From the IMG/VR virus record IMGVR_UViG_3300042558_004043: a DNA stretch of 64,000 bases. The stretch is one strand, 5' to 3'. The notes under the pieces are model-generated. The model was not told the DNA's origin, did not search any database, and saw only the letters and a list, made by a program, of their open reading frames with translations. The position numbers were made by a program, and so were the translations under genes. Position 1 is the first letter of the stretch; each line of letters starts with the position of its first letter. Positions 54,460 to 63,832 of the stretch are shown here, in pieces. Origin of the DNA: a virus. Taxonomy: Duplodnaviria > Caudoviricetes.

Positions 54460-54880
54460 GAGTAAATTAAAGGATTATATCTTTATTTTTGCCATTATAT
54501 TACTTTTGGCATATATTTTCTTTTTGAAAGATAATTTTAAACATAAAGTTGAATCAACTAAAGAGGTTAATACATCACATCAAATTAACCAATTAAGAGA
54601 TTCTATTAGTATACTAAGATTATCAAATAGAGAATTATTACTTTCATTTTTACAAAGAGAACGTGATTATCAAGATGAAACTATAATAAATTATGAGACA
54701 AATATTACAAAAGTCACTCCTTCTATTGGTACTTATGTTGACCATGATAGGGACAGGATTTGGTCAGACTATACGTCCCAAGAGGATAGTGTTCCAAGGG
54801 GACACTGGGATATTCTTAACCAAAAGACAGGAGGGAGAAGTATTAAAGAGATTAGCGTTGAGGGATTCTTACAAAAGTGA
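54452..54880 (+). CDS. Membrane-anchored coiled-coil protein (i-spanin-like)
   Basis: N-terminal TM (YIFIFAIILLLAYIFFL) plus coiled coil; overlaps the next ORF by 188 nt in another frame. Confidence 0.6.
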   Translation: MNKSKLKDYIFIFAIILLLAYIFFLKDNFKHKVESTKEVNTSHQINQLRDSISILRLSNRELLLSFLQRERDYQDETIINYETNITKVTPSIGTYVDHDRDRIWSDYTSQEDSVPRGHWDILNQKTGGRSIKEISVEGFLQK

Positions 54881-55220
54881 GATAGACTCGATTTTCAAAT
54901 ACTCAAGTGATTGTACAGACGCTCTCTTATTATCAAGAGATGCGTTTTTTGGTTTATTTGATAACTACAAAGATTTGGAAGAAGAGGCGATGAATTCTGC
55001 ATTAAAAAATCAGAATTTGGAAAGCCAATTAGAACAGGCTCAAGAAAAAATATCACAAGAACAAAAAAAGAAAGTCAGGTGGAAAAGGGCAACGGTAAGT
55101 ACTAGTATTGTCGCTGTTGGAGCCGTAGCCGCGGTTGTTACTGGAGCGTGGTTACCTGCATTAGCCGTTGGAGCGGCAGTCGAGTTAGGTTATATTTTAA
55201 CACCTAAAAAAAATAAATAA
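54693..55220 (+). CDS. Exported coiled-coil protein with C-terminal hydrophobic helix (spanin-partner-like)
   Basis: Signal peptide ...GTGFG-Q, no lipobox Cys; C-terminal IVAVGAVAAVVTGAWLPALAVGAAV. Confidence 0.6.
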   Translation: MRQILQKSLLLLVLMLTMIGTGFGQTIRPKRIVFQGDTGIFLTKRQEGEVLKRLALRDSYKSEIDSIFKYSSDCTDALLLSRDAFFGLFDNYKDLEEEAMNSALKNQNLESQLEQAQEKISQEQKKKVRWKRATVSTSIVAVGAVAAVVTGAWLPALAVGAAVELGYILTPKKNK

Positions 55221-55270
55221 TTTTGTGGGATTGGAGTTTTGTCGTATATTTGTACCACAAAACACCTAAT

Positions 55271-55693
55271 ATGTTAAAAAAGTTAATAATCCGCTACAAG
55301 TTATTTCTCAGAAAAATAAATAGATTTACATCTATGGAATCTGAGTTATCGAAAGTTAACACAAGTCAATGTACATTTATTTGTCGTAAATTAATTCATG
55401 ACAAAAATTCAGAATTGTTAATTGCGCCAATTTCTGAAAAGATGTATATTAAAAACCAAGAATTAGGTATATTCATAACTAAAGATGGACACGAGGTTAC
55501 AATTACTAACCACACCTATAGTTATTTCATTAAATTGAGCCCAAATCAATCCGAAAAGTTAAACAATTTCTTCTTTAAAGAAATGGAGATTAGGGCTAAG
55601 ATTATGGAACGTGAATTAGAAGGTCAAATTAAACACTCTTTAGATAAGATATTCACAACTATAAGTTCGTATGAATCAAAGACCGTTGTTTAA
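55271..55693 (+). CDS. Hypothetical protein (early-type promoter)
   Basis: TTTG-N19-TATATTTG at 55222-55252; ATG 55271 preferred over the track start. Confidence 0.75.
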   Translation: MLKKLIIRYKLFLRKINRFTSMESELSKVNTSQCTFICRKLIHDKNSELLIAPISEKMYIKNQELGIFITKDGHEVTITNHTYSYFIKLSPNQSEKLNNFFFKEMEIRAKIMERELEGQIKHSLDKIFTTISSYESKTVV

Positions 55694-56401
55694 AACCGTA
55701 TTGATAAGTCTCTTGATTTGACTCTCAGTAAGTTTAATTTGTTCGTTTTGTTTTTTTGGTTTGTATGAAACCATAGTTGGTGAATTACCAGTTCCTGATT
55801 TTGGGTTACTTTTTTCGGCTTTTCTTTTTTGTTGACAAGCGGACCTTTTTTGAGCGTCTGTCATTTTAGAGGCAACACCCGCAGCTCTGCATTTTGGATA
55901 ACCCTTAGAATCAGCATCAGGTCTACCACAAGGCGGATGACCACCACCTTCTTTTTTACGACATATATTAACCCATGGACCCTTTGGTTGTTTACTTCCT
56001 TTAGGTTTCTTTTTAGTACCAAACCATACCCCTAAATCCTCTAATACAGTACTTTCAGTAATCTCAATCCATTCATTAAGTTTACCAGGTGTTGGGTTAA
56101 TTATATCTCCGTCATCGTCATTAATAGTGGGATGATTTTTTTTATAGTTAGATATTTTATTGGATTTTTTTTCCATTTTTTTAATCTTTTTTTTAGGTTC
56201 ATCCATGTGTCCGTCTAAACTATCATAGTTTAACTCGGCATTGTCGTATTTTGAAACTTGAATTGAAAATGGGGATAATTGATTTTTATCAAATTTTTTT
56301 AATCCTGGTTGTAACGGTAAACTGTAAGAACCTCTACTACCACTTTCAGAAGTGGCCTCTTTTAAGTATTGTATAATTTTATTTTTTAAATCCATTAACA
56401 A
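55676..56401 (-). CDS. Hypothetical protein with an EDLGVWFG..PWVNIC..PCGR..YPKCR domain
   Basis: 241-aa ORF; minus-strand TATTTATA at 56424-56431. Confidence 0.8.
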   Translation of the reverse strand: MLMDLKNKIIQYLKEATSESGSRGSYSLPLQPGLKKFDKNQLSPFSIQVSKYDNAELNYDSLDGHMDEPKKKIKKMEKKSNKISNYKKNHPTINDDDGDIINPTPGKLNEWIEITESTVLEDLGVWFGTKKKPKGSKQPKGPWVNICRKKEGGGHPPCGRPDADSKGYPKCRAAGVASKMTDAQKRSACQQKRKAEKSNPKSGTGNSPTMVSYKPKKQNEQIKLTESQIKRLINTVLNNGL

Positions 56402-56446
56402 TGTGTTTTTTATTGACTATAATTATAAATATCTAATTACAGTAAA

Positions 56447-56686
56447 ATGGAAAATAGTGAAAACAAAGAATTTGGTAAATTATTTAACTCAGTTTCATTA
56501 ATAAGTGAGGAACATTTGGAGTTAATATTAACAACAATGTCTCAAAAAGAGGCAATTTATCTATTGGTACAAGCGGTTAAGCATGCCCATCATTTGGGTA
56601 CTTATTCTATAGGAGAAACTGAGGTAATATCTAAAGCAATACGAGTTATTTCGAAAAGTACTGAAGAACCTACCGAAAATAGTTAA
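56447..56686 (+). CDS. Small hypothetical protein
   Basis: 79-aa ORF with an A-rich start (GTAAAATG). Confidence 0.65.
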   Translation: MENSENKEFGKLFNSVSLISEEHLELILTTMSQKEAIYLLVQAVKHAHHLGTYSIGETEVISKAIRVISKSTEEPTENS

Positions 56687-56688
56687 AC

Positions 56689-57342
56689 CTACGCAGTTGT
56701 TTGTGGGTTAACAGTAGACTGTACTGGTTTCTGTTCAGGATATGCGTTACAAGCGGTATAAACAGAATCATCTCTAACTAACATATCATTTTTCATACAA
56801 TTTCTAAGAGCGTCACATAGCGATTGACTAGCAACACTTTTAGAAAATGGATTTATTGGATTGACAGCTCTACCTATCGTTCTACACATTTCTTTATCGG
56901 CCTTACCTTGTTGTTTAACTTTATCCGCTTCTAATTTCGCCATTTCAATCGCCTGGGTGGCATCGTATTGTGTTTTAATGTCTTTGTTCAAATTGGATAA
57001 AGGAGATGTTGTTGGAATCTGAAGTTTAACATCTGTATTAGTTGGTAACTCCAATTTCACGTCTCTTGTTGCCATTGGGGTAATCGCTTCTTTACCTTTT
57101 TGAGATTGTTTTCTTTGTTCTATATCACTAATCGCTTGAGTTATTGCTGAATAAGTCATTTTACCAAACTTACCGTCAGCACCTGTCTTACCTAAATCAT
57201 GACCTAATTCAACTAGTTTATTCTGAACATCAATGAGAGTTACTGGTTTTTCCGCAGCTTGTTCTAAAACAATATTTTTTTGAGAGTATAAACTCACTAT
57301 TTCATTTTTATCTTCTTCTGTTAAAATAAATCTTTTGTTCAT
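56689..57342 (-). CDS. Peptidoglycan-binding-domain-containing virion protein
   Basis: VQNKLVELGHDLGKTGADGKFGKMTYSAI; N-terminal KRFILTEEDK motif. Confidence 0.75.
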   Translation of the reverse strand: MNKRFILTEEDKNEIVSLYSQKNIVLEQAAEKPVTLIDVQNKLVELGHDLGKTGADGKFGKMTYSAITQAISDIEQRKQSQKGKEAITPMATRDVKLELPTNTDVKLQIPTTSPLSNLNKDIKTQYDATQAIEMAKLEADKVKQQGKADKEMCRTIGRAVNPINPFSKSVASQSLCDALRNCMKNDMLVRDDSVYTACNAYPEQKPVQSTVNPQTTA

Positions 57343-57352
57343 TTTTTTTATA

Positions 57353-58177
57353 TTATTGAGAGAGTTTATCCATTATCGCTTTTAATGTTTTTGGTCCTAA
57401 AATTCCATCAACTTTTTCCACCCCTACCTTAGTTTGTAAATCTTTAATTCTTGTAACATTTGGATTTTCTTGGCCACCTTTTAAACCACCAGTTCCATCT
57501 GTTTCTGTTTTGGTCTGAACTTTAAAAATTTCATCATTACAAGTATAGTTCATCATGGTTCCATCAGCAAGACGCTTACGACCATTATTAAAATAAGTTT
57601 CACCATTAATTGTATAAACTATAGAACCGGATGGATTTTTTACTTGTTTAGCGTTAGGATGATTAATAACACATTGGTAATTATTCCATTTTTCTAATTG
57701 GTCCCTATCCGCAACAACAAGTTGTTGTTCTTTATCTAATACCCCACATAAATCGTCAAAGGCTTTTTGAACCGCAGATTGAAAATTTTCCCCAAAGTAT
57801 TGAATATTATCCTTATTAGTTCCAAACCTTTTTGAATCACAGTAATAATAAACATCTCCGGTTAAGTTCTCTAAAACTATACCAGTCAAGTCATCAACCA
57901 ATTGATACGGAATACCCTTTGATATTAAAAATTTAGAGGAACCTTTAACAAATTTAGTACCTTTGTTTAACTTTAATTCACGGTTCATAGTACCATCCGC
58001 TCGTTCCATTTCTAGGTAGTTATTCAAAATTAAAGTTTTAGCATTTAAATCCACCTCAACCCAATTTCCAGTACCGTATGATACCTCATTAATCAAATAA
58101 TGATTTTTAGTTGCTGACTCGTGAAGACCTATTATTCTATTTTTTTCTTCTTCTGTTATTACAAATAAATTTTTCAT
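57353..58177 (-). CDS. Virion-associated protein with a C-terminal PG-binding-like motif
   Basis: ATG 58177 (MKNLFVITEEEKNRIIGLH) follows minus-strand TATTTATA 58192-58199; C-terminus RIKDLQTKVGVEKVDGILGPKT. Confidence 0.75.
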   Translation of the reverse strand: MKNLFVITEEEKNRIIGLHESATKNHYLINEVSYGTGNWVEVDLNAKTLILNNYLEMERADGTMNRELKLNKGTKFVKGSSKFLISKGIPYQLVDDLTGIVLENLTGDVYYYCDSKRFGTNKDNIQYFGENFQSAVQKAFDDLCGVLDKEQQLVVADRDQLEKWNNYQCVINHPNAKQVKNPSGSIVYTINGETYFNNGRKRLADGTMMNYTCNDEIFKVQTKTETDGTGGLKGGQENPNVTRIKDLQTKVGVEKVDGILGPKTLKAIMDKLSQ

Positions 58178-58199
58178 GAAAAATATTTTATTATAAATA

Positions 58200-59663
58200 T
58201 CATAAATCCTCAAAATATTTCAAGTTGACTATTTGAAATTTGATGGTTCTTTTATATGTGTTTATTTCCCCACTACTTTCAACTTTCATATCGACAAAAT
58301 ATTCATTTGGTATTTTATCACGAGTATCAAATATGAAATAATATTCGTTTGGAGTTCTATTTAGTTTTGTCCAATCCTGTACTTGAACTTCGGTTTGACC
58401 TTCCCTAACATAAACTCGGTAATAAGCGTCAACGTTTGGTAATAGTTTTTGAGTGGTATAGGCTTGTTTTATTATAACACCTACTTTTCTAATGTCTGTA
58501 TTATAAATCTTTTCATCTTGTTTTAATCCATAGAAATCAAATCCATATAATTTTGGGTCTTGAGATTTTGGTCCAATTTGGATTGATTTTTTCATCGGGT
58601 ATACCGAAAAAGTGTTGGTCACATCACCAATATCAAATCCATTTAAAATTAGATTTGTCCATTTGTCAGTAAACATACATGGAGTTTTATAACCGGCTAA
58701 AGGAGGTAATGTGATTTCATAAACACCCTTAGTTCTTCTACACGAAGTTAAACCTGTTAATCCAACAATACCTCTACCATAAGGGTCTAAAATTGATACA
58801 GTAGGATTGACATCCAAATTTATTGGATTTCCATTATCGAATAGATATAGATATAATTTATTAACTTTACCTAATACAAATTCATTTCTATCGTCTTGAA
58901 TTAAATCATCATATGTTGTTTCCAAAAACGGTTCGTAAAAAGTTTGGGTGTGTCTTGTAAAGAATTGAGTTTCATATGCATCGGTTAAACCTTCTAAATT
59001 CTCAATTTCGGGTACGTATGCAATTCCCCATCCTGAAACACCACTTAATGAACCATTTAAAATTGAATTAATTTCATTGGTCATATCAAAACTAATGTTT
59101 TCATTACCAAATTGAAAATGTTGTGTGTCAATAATGGTCAATCCGCTGTAATTAACCGAACCCTGATTTTTGTTATTGTAAATTCCTGACTCAGACCATA
59201 AATCAATAGTGGTTCTTTGATACCAATTGGTAGGTCTTATTGAGTAAGATTCATCAAATTCACTAAATTCGTAAACCAAATCCCCGTAATCATATCCAAC
59301 ACCCTCATCCCAAATTTGGTTTGTAGGTATTCTAAATAATATTAAATCAAATGACGTTGCTCTTTTTCTGTTTTGTGATGTGTTTTGGTTTAATAAGTCG
59401 TCACCACCAAAAAACCCTGTATTTGTCATTCTTAAAACATGTCTAACACTATCATTACAATCTAATGTAATGACCCCATCGGTAACTTTTTCCTTCAATA
59501 AAGACAGGTCTAAATCAAAAATAAATCGGCTGAACCCTTGAGGATATTGACTAATGGTGGTTGACCCATAGAATAGTTCTGTAACAGGATTTCTTCCCGT
59601 GTTAACATAACTTCTATATATAATGGTATCGTTTTTACTGAAATAAGAATTATTAATTGACAT
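58200..59663 (-). CDS. Hypothetical structural protein
   Basis: 487-aa beta-rich ORF; GATATTTATT upstream on the minus strand. Confidence 0.8.
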   Translation of the reverse strand: MSINNSYFSKNDTIIYRSYVNTGRNPVTELFYGSTTISQYPQGFSRFIFDLDLSLLKEKVTDGVITLDCNDSVRHVLRMTNTGFFGGDDLLNQNTSQNRKRATSFDLILFRIPTNQIWDEGVGYDYGDLVYEFSEFDESYSIRPTNWYQRTTIDLWSESGIYNNKNQGSVNYSGLTIIDTQHFQFGNENISFDMTNEINSILNGSLSGVSGWGIAYVPEIENLEGLTDAYETQFFTRHTQTFYEPFLETTYDDLIQDDRNEFVLGKVNKLYLYLFDNGNPINLDVNPTVSILDPYGRGIVGLTGLTSCRRTKGVYEITLPPLAGYKTPCMFTDKWTNLILNGFDIGDVTNTFSVYPMKKSIQIGPKSQDPKLYGFDFYGLKQDEKIYNTDIRKVGVIIKQAYTTQKLLPNVDAYYRVYVREGQTEVQVQDWTKLNRTPNEYYFIFDTRDKIPNEYFVDMKVESSGEINTYKRTIKFQIVNLKYFEDL

Positions 59664-59685
59664 TAAAATGTTTTATCAATAAATA

Positions 59686-61299
59686 TCAATTGATTCTGAT
59701 TTCTTGATTCAGAATAGTATTTTCAGCATCGGCAAGTAATTGGTCTATCTCTAAAGTTGTTTGTCCGTTACCTGATGAAACAGGTACTGGAGGACTTGGA
59801 GCCACAGGATGAACGTGACCTTTAACAAATTCAAATATCTTCCTAAGTAGTTTAATTAATTCATCACCTCTAACTGTTGGGTATGTTTTTTCTTGTATTC
59901 CACCAGGTTTAGTAAATTCAATATCGGGTATACCATATATGGTATTTGTTAAATCAATTCTTCCTTTAGGTCCTGTAATATTATGAGATAATAAATATAG
60001 TTTTTGTCCTCCCAATACGGAATAAGTAACCGGACTAGAAAAAACATCAATTTTAGTATCTTGTCTTCTGTTAGTTTTAGTAGAAGGACCAATAGTTGGG
60101 ACATTATTTGTATTATTTGATACGACAAAACAACCCGTTTGAAAATTGTTTGATTTAACTTTAATCCCTTTTTGTAATTTGAAATAATTAACACTTTCTT
60201 GAACGTCACTTGGGTCAACATGTTCTGATAATGTTAGACCTTCTTGATATGTAATTTTAGATGGAGATACCGCAAACGGAAATCTATCGGCATCTTGGAA
60301 ATTAGACCTACTATTTACAACACTATCATTATATAACACAGTACCATCAAATACACTATCTATAAATGTATTAAATGTATATATTACCTCCTCGATTGTT
60401 TTATTTGAAAACCTAATACCCTCTATTTCATTCCCATAATCGGTACCTGAAGTTAAAGTACTAATTGACCCCAATTTAAAATTATCAGTGGTTGCACTTG
60501 TAGTCTCTAACATTCTATGGAGTGTTATACTACCTGAAAAATTATTGGCCGAGTTTCCTAATACACCACTATCAATATTCCAAATTATAATTCTTTTTAA
60601 TTTAGTTATAACTTTACTAACATCAAAACTGGTTTCAGTTTCCCCTTGGACTGCGGATGATAAAAAATTAGAAAGTTGTAGAAAGGCTCTGCTATTTTTA
60701 GATTTAGGATAATCTTGAGGTGTTAAGTCACTAGTGACAGTTTTACCTGCTCTTATTAAAACCTCCTCAGGTTTAACAATAACATCGGCACTACCCCTAC
60801 CTAATAAAGCGTTATCTCCTGGCTCGGGAAATATTCCGGAACTTACATCATCATTATATACGTTAAAATTATCTTTTAAATTAATACCTAATTTATATCT
60901 ATCGCCCGCCGATAAAATAGATTCAGATGAAGGTCTAGTCTCAAAATCAGAATTCATTGGGGACGAAAAAGGTCCTTGAATATAGAACTGATTACCAAAT
61001 AAAAACTTTTTATTTTGATAAATGATATGGACATATTCCCCTTCATCAGGAACTTGACTTATGTAGAACGGTAATAAAGGTAAAAGTATAAAAATGTCAT
61101 TTTCTCCCCACCAAAACTCTGTTTTTAAATCTTTCTCATCATCACGTAAATAAGTTTTATCAACAGATTTTAACATCTCAGAAACATATTCACTGTAAAT
61201 GGGTTTTGCTCTTACCCTACCTAACATTTTAGGGTCATACCTACTTATTACCTCACCAGGAAATATTATTTGATGTTCATTATTTTTATTTATGTTCAT
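59686..61299 (-). CDS. Baseplate hub/spike protein (gp5/VgrG-like OB-fold)
   Basis: GEVISRYDPKMLGRVRA...VPDEGEYV (gp5 OB-fold pattern); GDNALLGRGSAD; C-terminal VRGDEL..LL...H.HP. Confidence 0.65.
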   Translation of the reverse strand: MNINKNNEHQIIFPGEVISRYDPKMLGRVRAKPIYSEYVSEMLKSVDKTYLRDDEKDLKTEFWWGENDIFILLPLLPFYISQVPDEGEYVHIIYQNKKFLFGNQFYIQGPFSSPMNSDFETRPSSESILSAGDRYKLGINLKDNFNVYNDDVSSGIFPEPGDNALLGRGSADVIVKPEEVLIRAGKTVTSDLTPQDYPKSKNSRAFLQLSNFLSSAVQGETETSFDVSKVITKLKRIIIWNIDSGVLGNSANNFSGSITLHRMLETTSATTDNFKLGSISTLTSGTDYGNEIEGIRFSNKTIEEVIYTFNTFIDSVFDGTVLYNDSVVNSRSNFQDADRFPFAVSPSKITYQEGLTLSEHVDPSDVQESVNYFKLQKGIKVKSNNFQTGCFVVSNNTNNVPTIGPSTKTNRRQDTKIDVFSSPVTYSVLGGQKLYLLSHNITGPKGRIDLTNTIYGIPDIEFTKPGGIQEKTYPTVRGDELIKLLRKIFEFVKGHVHPVAPSPPVPVSSGNGQTTLEIDQLLADAENTILNQEIRIN

Positions 61300-61511
61300 T
61301 TTGTTTTGGTTCTATCTTGATGTTCTGATAAAAGTTTGTTGTATAAAACTTCTAATTTATCTAAATGATTAGTTAATTCTATAATTCTTTCTTTAGTAAA
61401 ATTAAAATCTTTTTGAATAAAATCCATCGCAAATGTTAAATCCTTATTTGATGACGATTTATATTCTTTTATAATCCTACTTGTTTTTTCCGAATCTTTC
61501 ATATCAATCAT
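61296..61511 (-). CDS. Small hypothetical protein
   Basis: 71-aa ORF coupled to neighbouring genes. Confidence 0.7.
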   Translation of the reverse strand: MIDMKDSEKTSRIIKEYKSSSNKDLTFAMDFIQKDFNFTKERIIELTNHLDKLEVLYNKLLSEHQDRTKTK

Positions 61512-61513
61512 AG

Positions 61514-63427
61514 TTATATTTTTTTACCAAAGGCGGATGAAGGTACAGTTAATCCGGCGGGTGTTATCGCCAAAGGGCCTATGGCTATTTGAACTTTTCC
61601 ATTTTCAGCTTCCTCGACTGACATGGCTTTCATTTGACCCAACATACTTAATACGGTTAGATTAGGACTACCATCTGGCATAGGACCGGTAGGGATACCC
61701 ATTTTTTGTAATTCTTCTATAGTTCCAATAAACGCTCTTGTAGAAGAATAACCATCCAAAAGTCTACTAGCGAGAGCTAACGGTAAAGGAATTTCTCCTC
61801 CCCATCCGGTTGTTGCAATTTGTAATAAACTAAGTAATTCATCAACAACACTTTTACATTCCCTCCAATCCCTAATAAATTGAGCTACCGTTATTAATAG
61901 TTGAATCAATTTTAAAATCATTATAATTCTTTTGTCGACCTTTTCTCTAGCCAAATCCAATACGATTTGTTGAATTAAATTTTTGATATCTTTTTTAATT
62001 ATATTAAATAATTCTTTTACAAAAATTGCCCCCACCTTAGAGATAAAATCTATCGCTCTACTTTTAAATTCTCTTAAAAAGTCCATCAGACTATTAATTC
62101 TATCATCAATATTATTACCGATTGATTTTAACATTACCATTATTGGAAGTAGTATTTTTGGTACCATCATTCCTGAAACTAATCCTTGAGAGATTAGTTT
62201 AATAAAGTTGAGATTAACCGATGCTTGTATGTTTCCTCGTAAACCAATTTTTGACCACTCGGGATTATTAATTAAAGAATCTGTCACATTGTTTGCGGCA
62301 TCAACTAAATTATCGTCAGGTATGAAATTCATTTGGTCCAATGAATCTATAATAGACGAGGCATCCACAGGTAGTTTTACATCGGTACAGTCCAAATATT
62401 CAACAACTCCTTTTTTAACATTCTCAACTTCTTGTTCGATTGTTCTTAAATCCAAATCAGTGAATTCAAAAAAAGATTCATCAATATTATCTAATTCACC
62501 TATTTTAGCAATTCCACTAACATCAATTTGTTGTTTATTATCAAAACACAATCCCAAAATTCTTTGTAATATCCTCTCAAACTTTTTTTGGTCAGTAACC
62601 TCAACAATACCTATGTTTGCTTTAATACTTATAGCGCCACTTAATGAGTTCATTATTTGAGCCATCGTTACATTAAAATCAAAGATTTTAATTGATTGAA
62701 AATAATCAACCATGAATTCTTTAACTTTATTTATTGATGAATTCCTATCCTGTAAAGTAACTTTGAAATAGGGTCCCGTCTCTCCAATTGCGTTAGTTTC
62801 AACATACTGAATATCAAACAAATCTTGACCTGATGCTCCCTTATAATATGCTCCATAATCACCAAAATACGAAGACGAACTCTGAATCCTATTCCAAAGT
62901 TCACGGTTCATAGAAAATGGATATAACTGTGGAGCATTTGCCGGTTCTTTCTCATATAAAATTTTTCCAGGTTTTTCTAATGGGGTGTAGTTAAGTAAAA
63001 TTTTACCAATATCTATTGAATTAACCTTTATATAAATGTCTTGTGCAACATACTCTTGGTCTTGGTTACACCCAACCATGTTAAAACTTTCCTCTAAAAG
63101 TAACTCTTTAATTTGTGGTTCACAATTTTTTAATGCTCTAATTAATTGTTTTTTTAAATAATTGACTGTGTTTGAACCATATGGAGACGATAAATTATTT
63201 ATGTCTAAAAGTTGGGAAAATTGGGTTTTGACTTCTCTTTGATATCTGTTAACTTGGTTTTTAACATCATTTAAAGAAGTCGTAACATCTGACTTATTCT
63301 GTTCAAAACTATCACCCGCCTTTTTTGTTATGTTATCGTAATCAGTTTTTAATGAATTATACGATTTATTGGCCTTGATTTTATCTTGAACCTTTTTATA
63401 GTCAACATTTACATCAACTGATGCCAT
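61514..63427 (-). CDS. Hypothetical protein
   Basis: 637-aa ORF in the minus-strand late operon. Confidence 0.85.
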   Translation of the reverse strand: MASVDVNVDYKKVQDKIKANKSYNSLKTDYDNITKKAGDSFEQNKSDVTTSLNDVKNQVNRYQREVKTQFSQLLDINNLSSPYGSNTVNYLKKQLIRALKNCEPQIKELLLEESFNMVGCNQDQEYVAQDIYIKVNSIDIGKILLNYTPLEKPGKILYEKEPANAPQLYPFSMNRELWNRIQSSSSYFGDYGAYYKGASGQDLFDIQYVETNAIGETGPYFKVTLQDRNSSINKVKEFMVDYFQSIKIFDFNVTMAQIMNSLSGAISIKANIGIVEVTDQKKFERILQRILGLCFDNKQQIDVSGIAKIGELDNIDESFFEFTDLDLRTIEQEVENVKKGVVEYLDCTDVKLPVDASSIIDSLDQMNFIPDDNLVDAANNVTDSLINNPEWSKIGLRGNIQASVNLNFIKLISQGLVSGMMVPKILLPIMVMLKSIGNNIDDRINSLMDFLREFKSRAIDFISKVGAIFVKELFNIIKKDIKNLIQQIVLDLAREKVDKRIIMILKLIQLLITVAQFIRDWRECKSVVDELLSLLQIATTGWGGEIPLPLALASRLLDGYSSTRAFIGTIEELQKMGIPTGPMPDGSPNLTVLSMLGQMKAMSVEEAENGKVQIAIGPLAITPAGLTVPSSAFGKKI

Positions 63428-63432
63428 AATAA

Positions 63433-63807
63433 TTATTTTTTCATTTTATATGGTTCATCCATTTTAGATAAATCCTTCTCCATTAAACTTTGAATTACCT
63501 CATCGTCAACATCTATATCTGATAAGGTAAAAGATTCTTTAGAAGCGCTAGTTTTTTCCCAGATACTTGACTGTAATTTTGATAAACTTAGTTTTTTCTC
63601 AACACAATCATTTATGATTTTTTGTTGTTCTTTAATGATAGGACCAAGAACTGTCATGTCCTCGGTCTCCTTCATTAACGAAAGCATTTTGTTTTGAATT
63701 CTAATAGCGGTATTTCTTTGTTCTACTAATTCATTGTAGATTTCTTGCATAAGAGCAAGTATAGATTCTTGAGTTAAATTAATTTCTTTTTTTTGTGGTC
63801 TGGCCAT
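63433..63807 (-). CDS. Hypothetical coiled-coil protein
   Basis: 124-aa ORF; GATATTTATT at 63811-63820 on the minus strand. Confidence 0.8.
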   Translation of the reverse strand: MARPQKKEINLTQESILALMQEIYNELVEQRNTAIRIQNKMLSLMKETEDMTVLGPIIKEQQKIINDCVEKKLSLSKLQSSIWEKTSASKESFTLSDIDVDDEVIQSLMEKDLSKMDEPYKMKK

Positions 63808-63832
63808 GATAATAAATATCTAAACGTATTTT

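Noticed and set aside
11809-62660. Numerous short antisense or nested ORFs in the track (e.g. 11809, 13868, 24961, 25498, 49777, 62208)
   Set aside because: They overlap well-supported genes on the other strand or frame and are explained by codon bias or low-complexity sequence.
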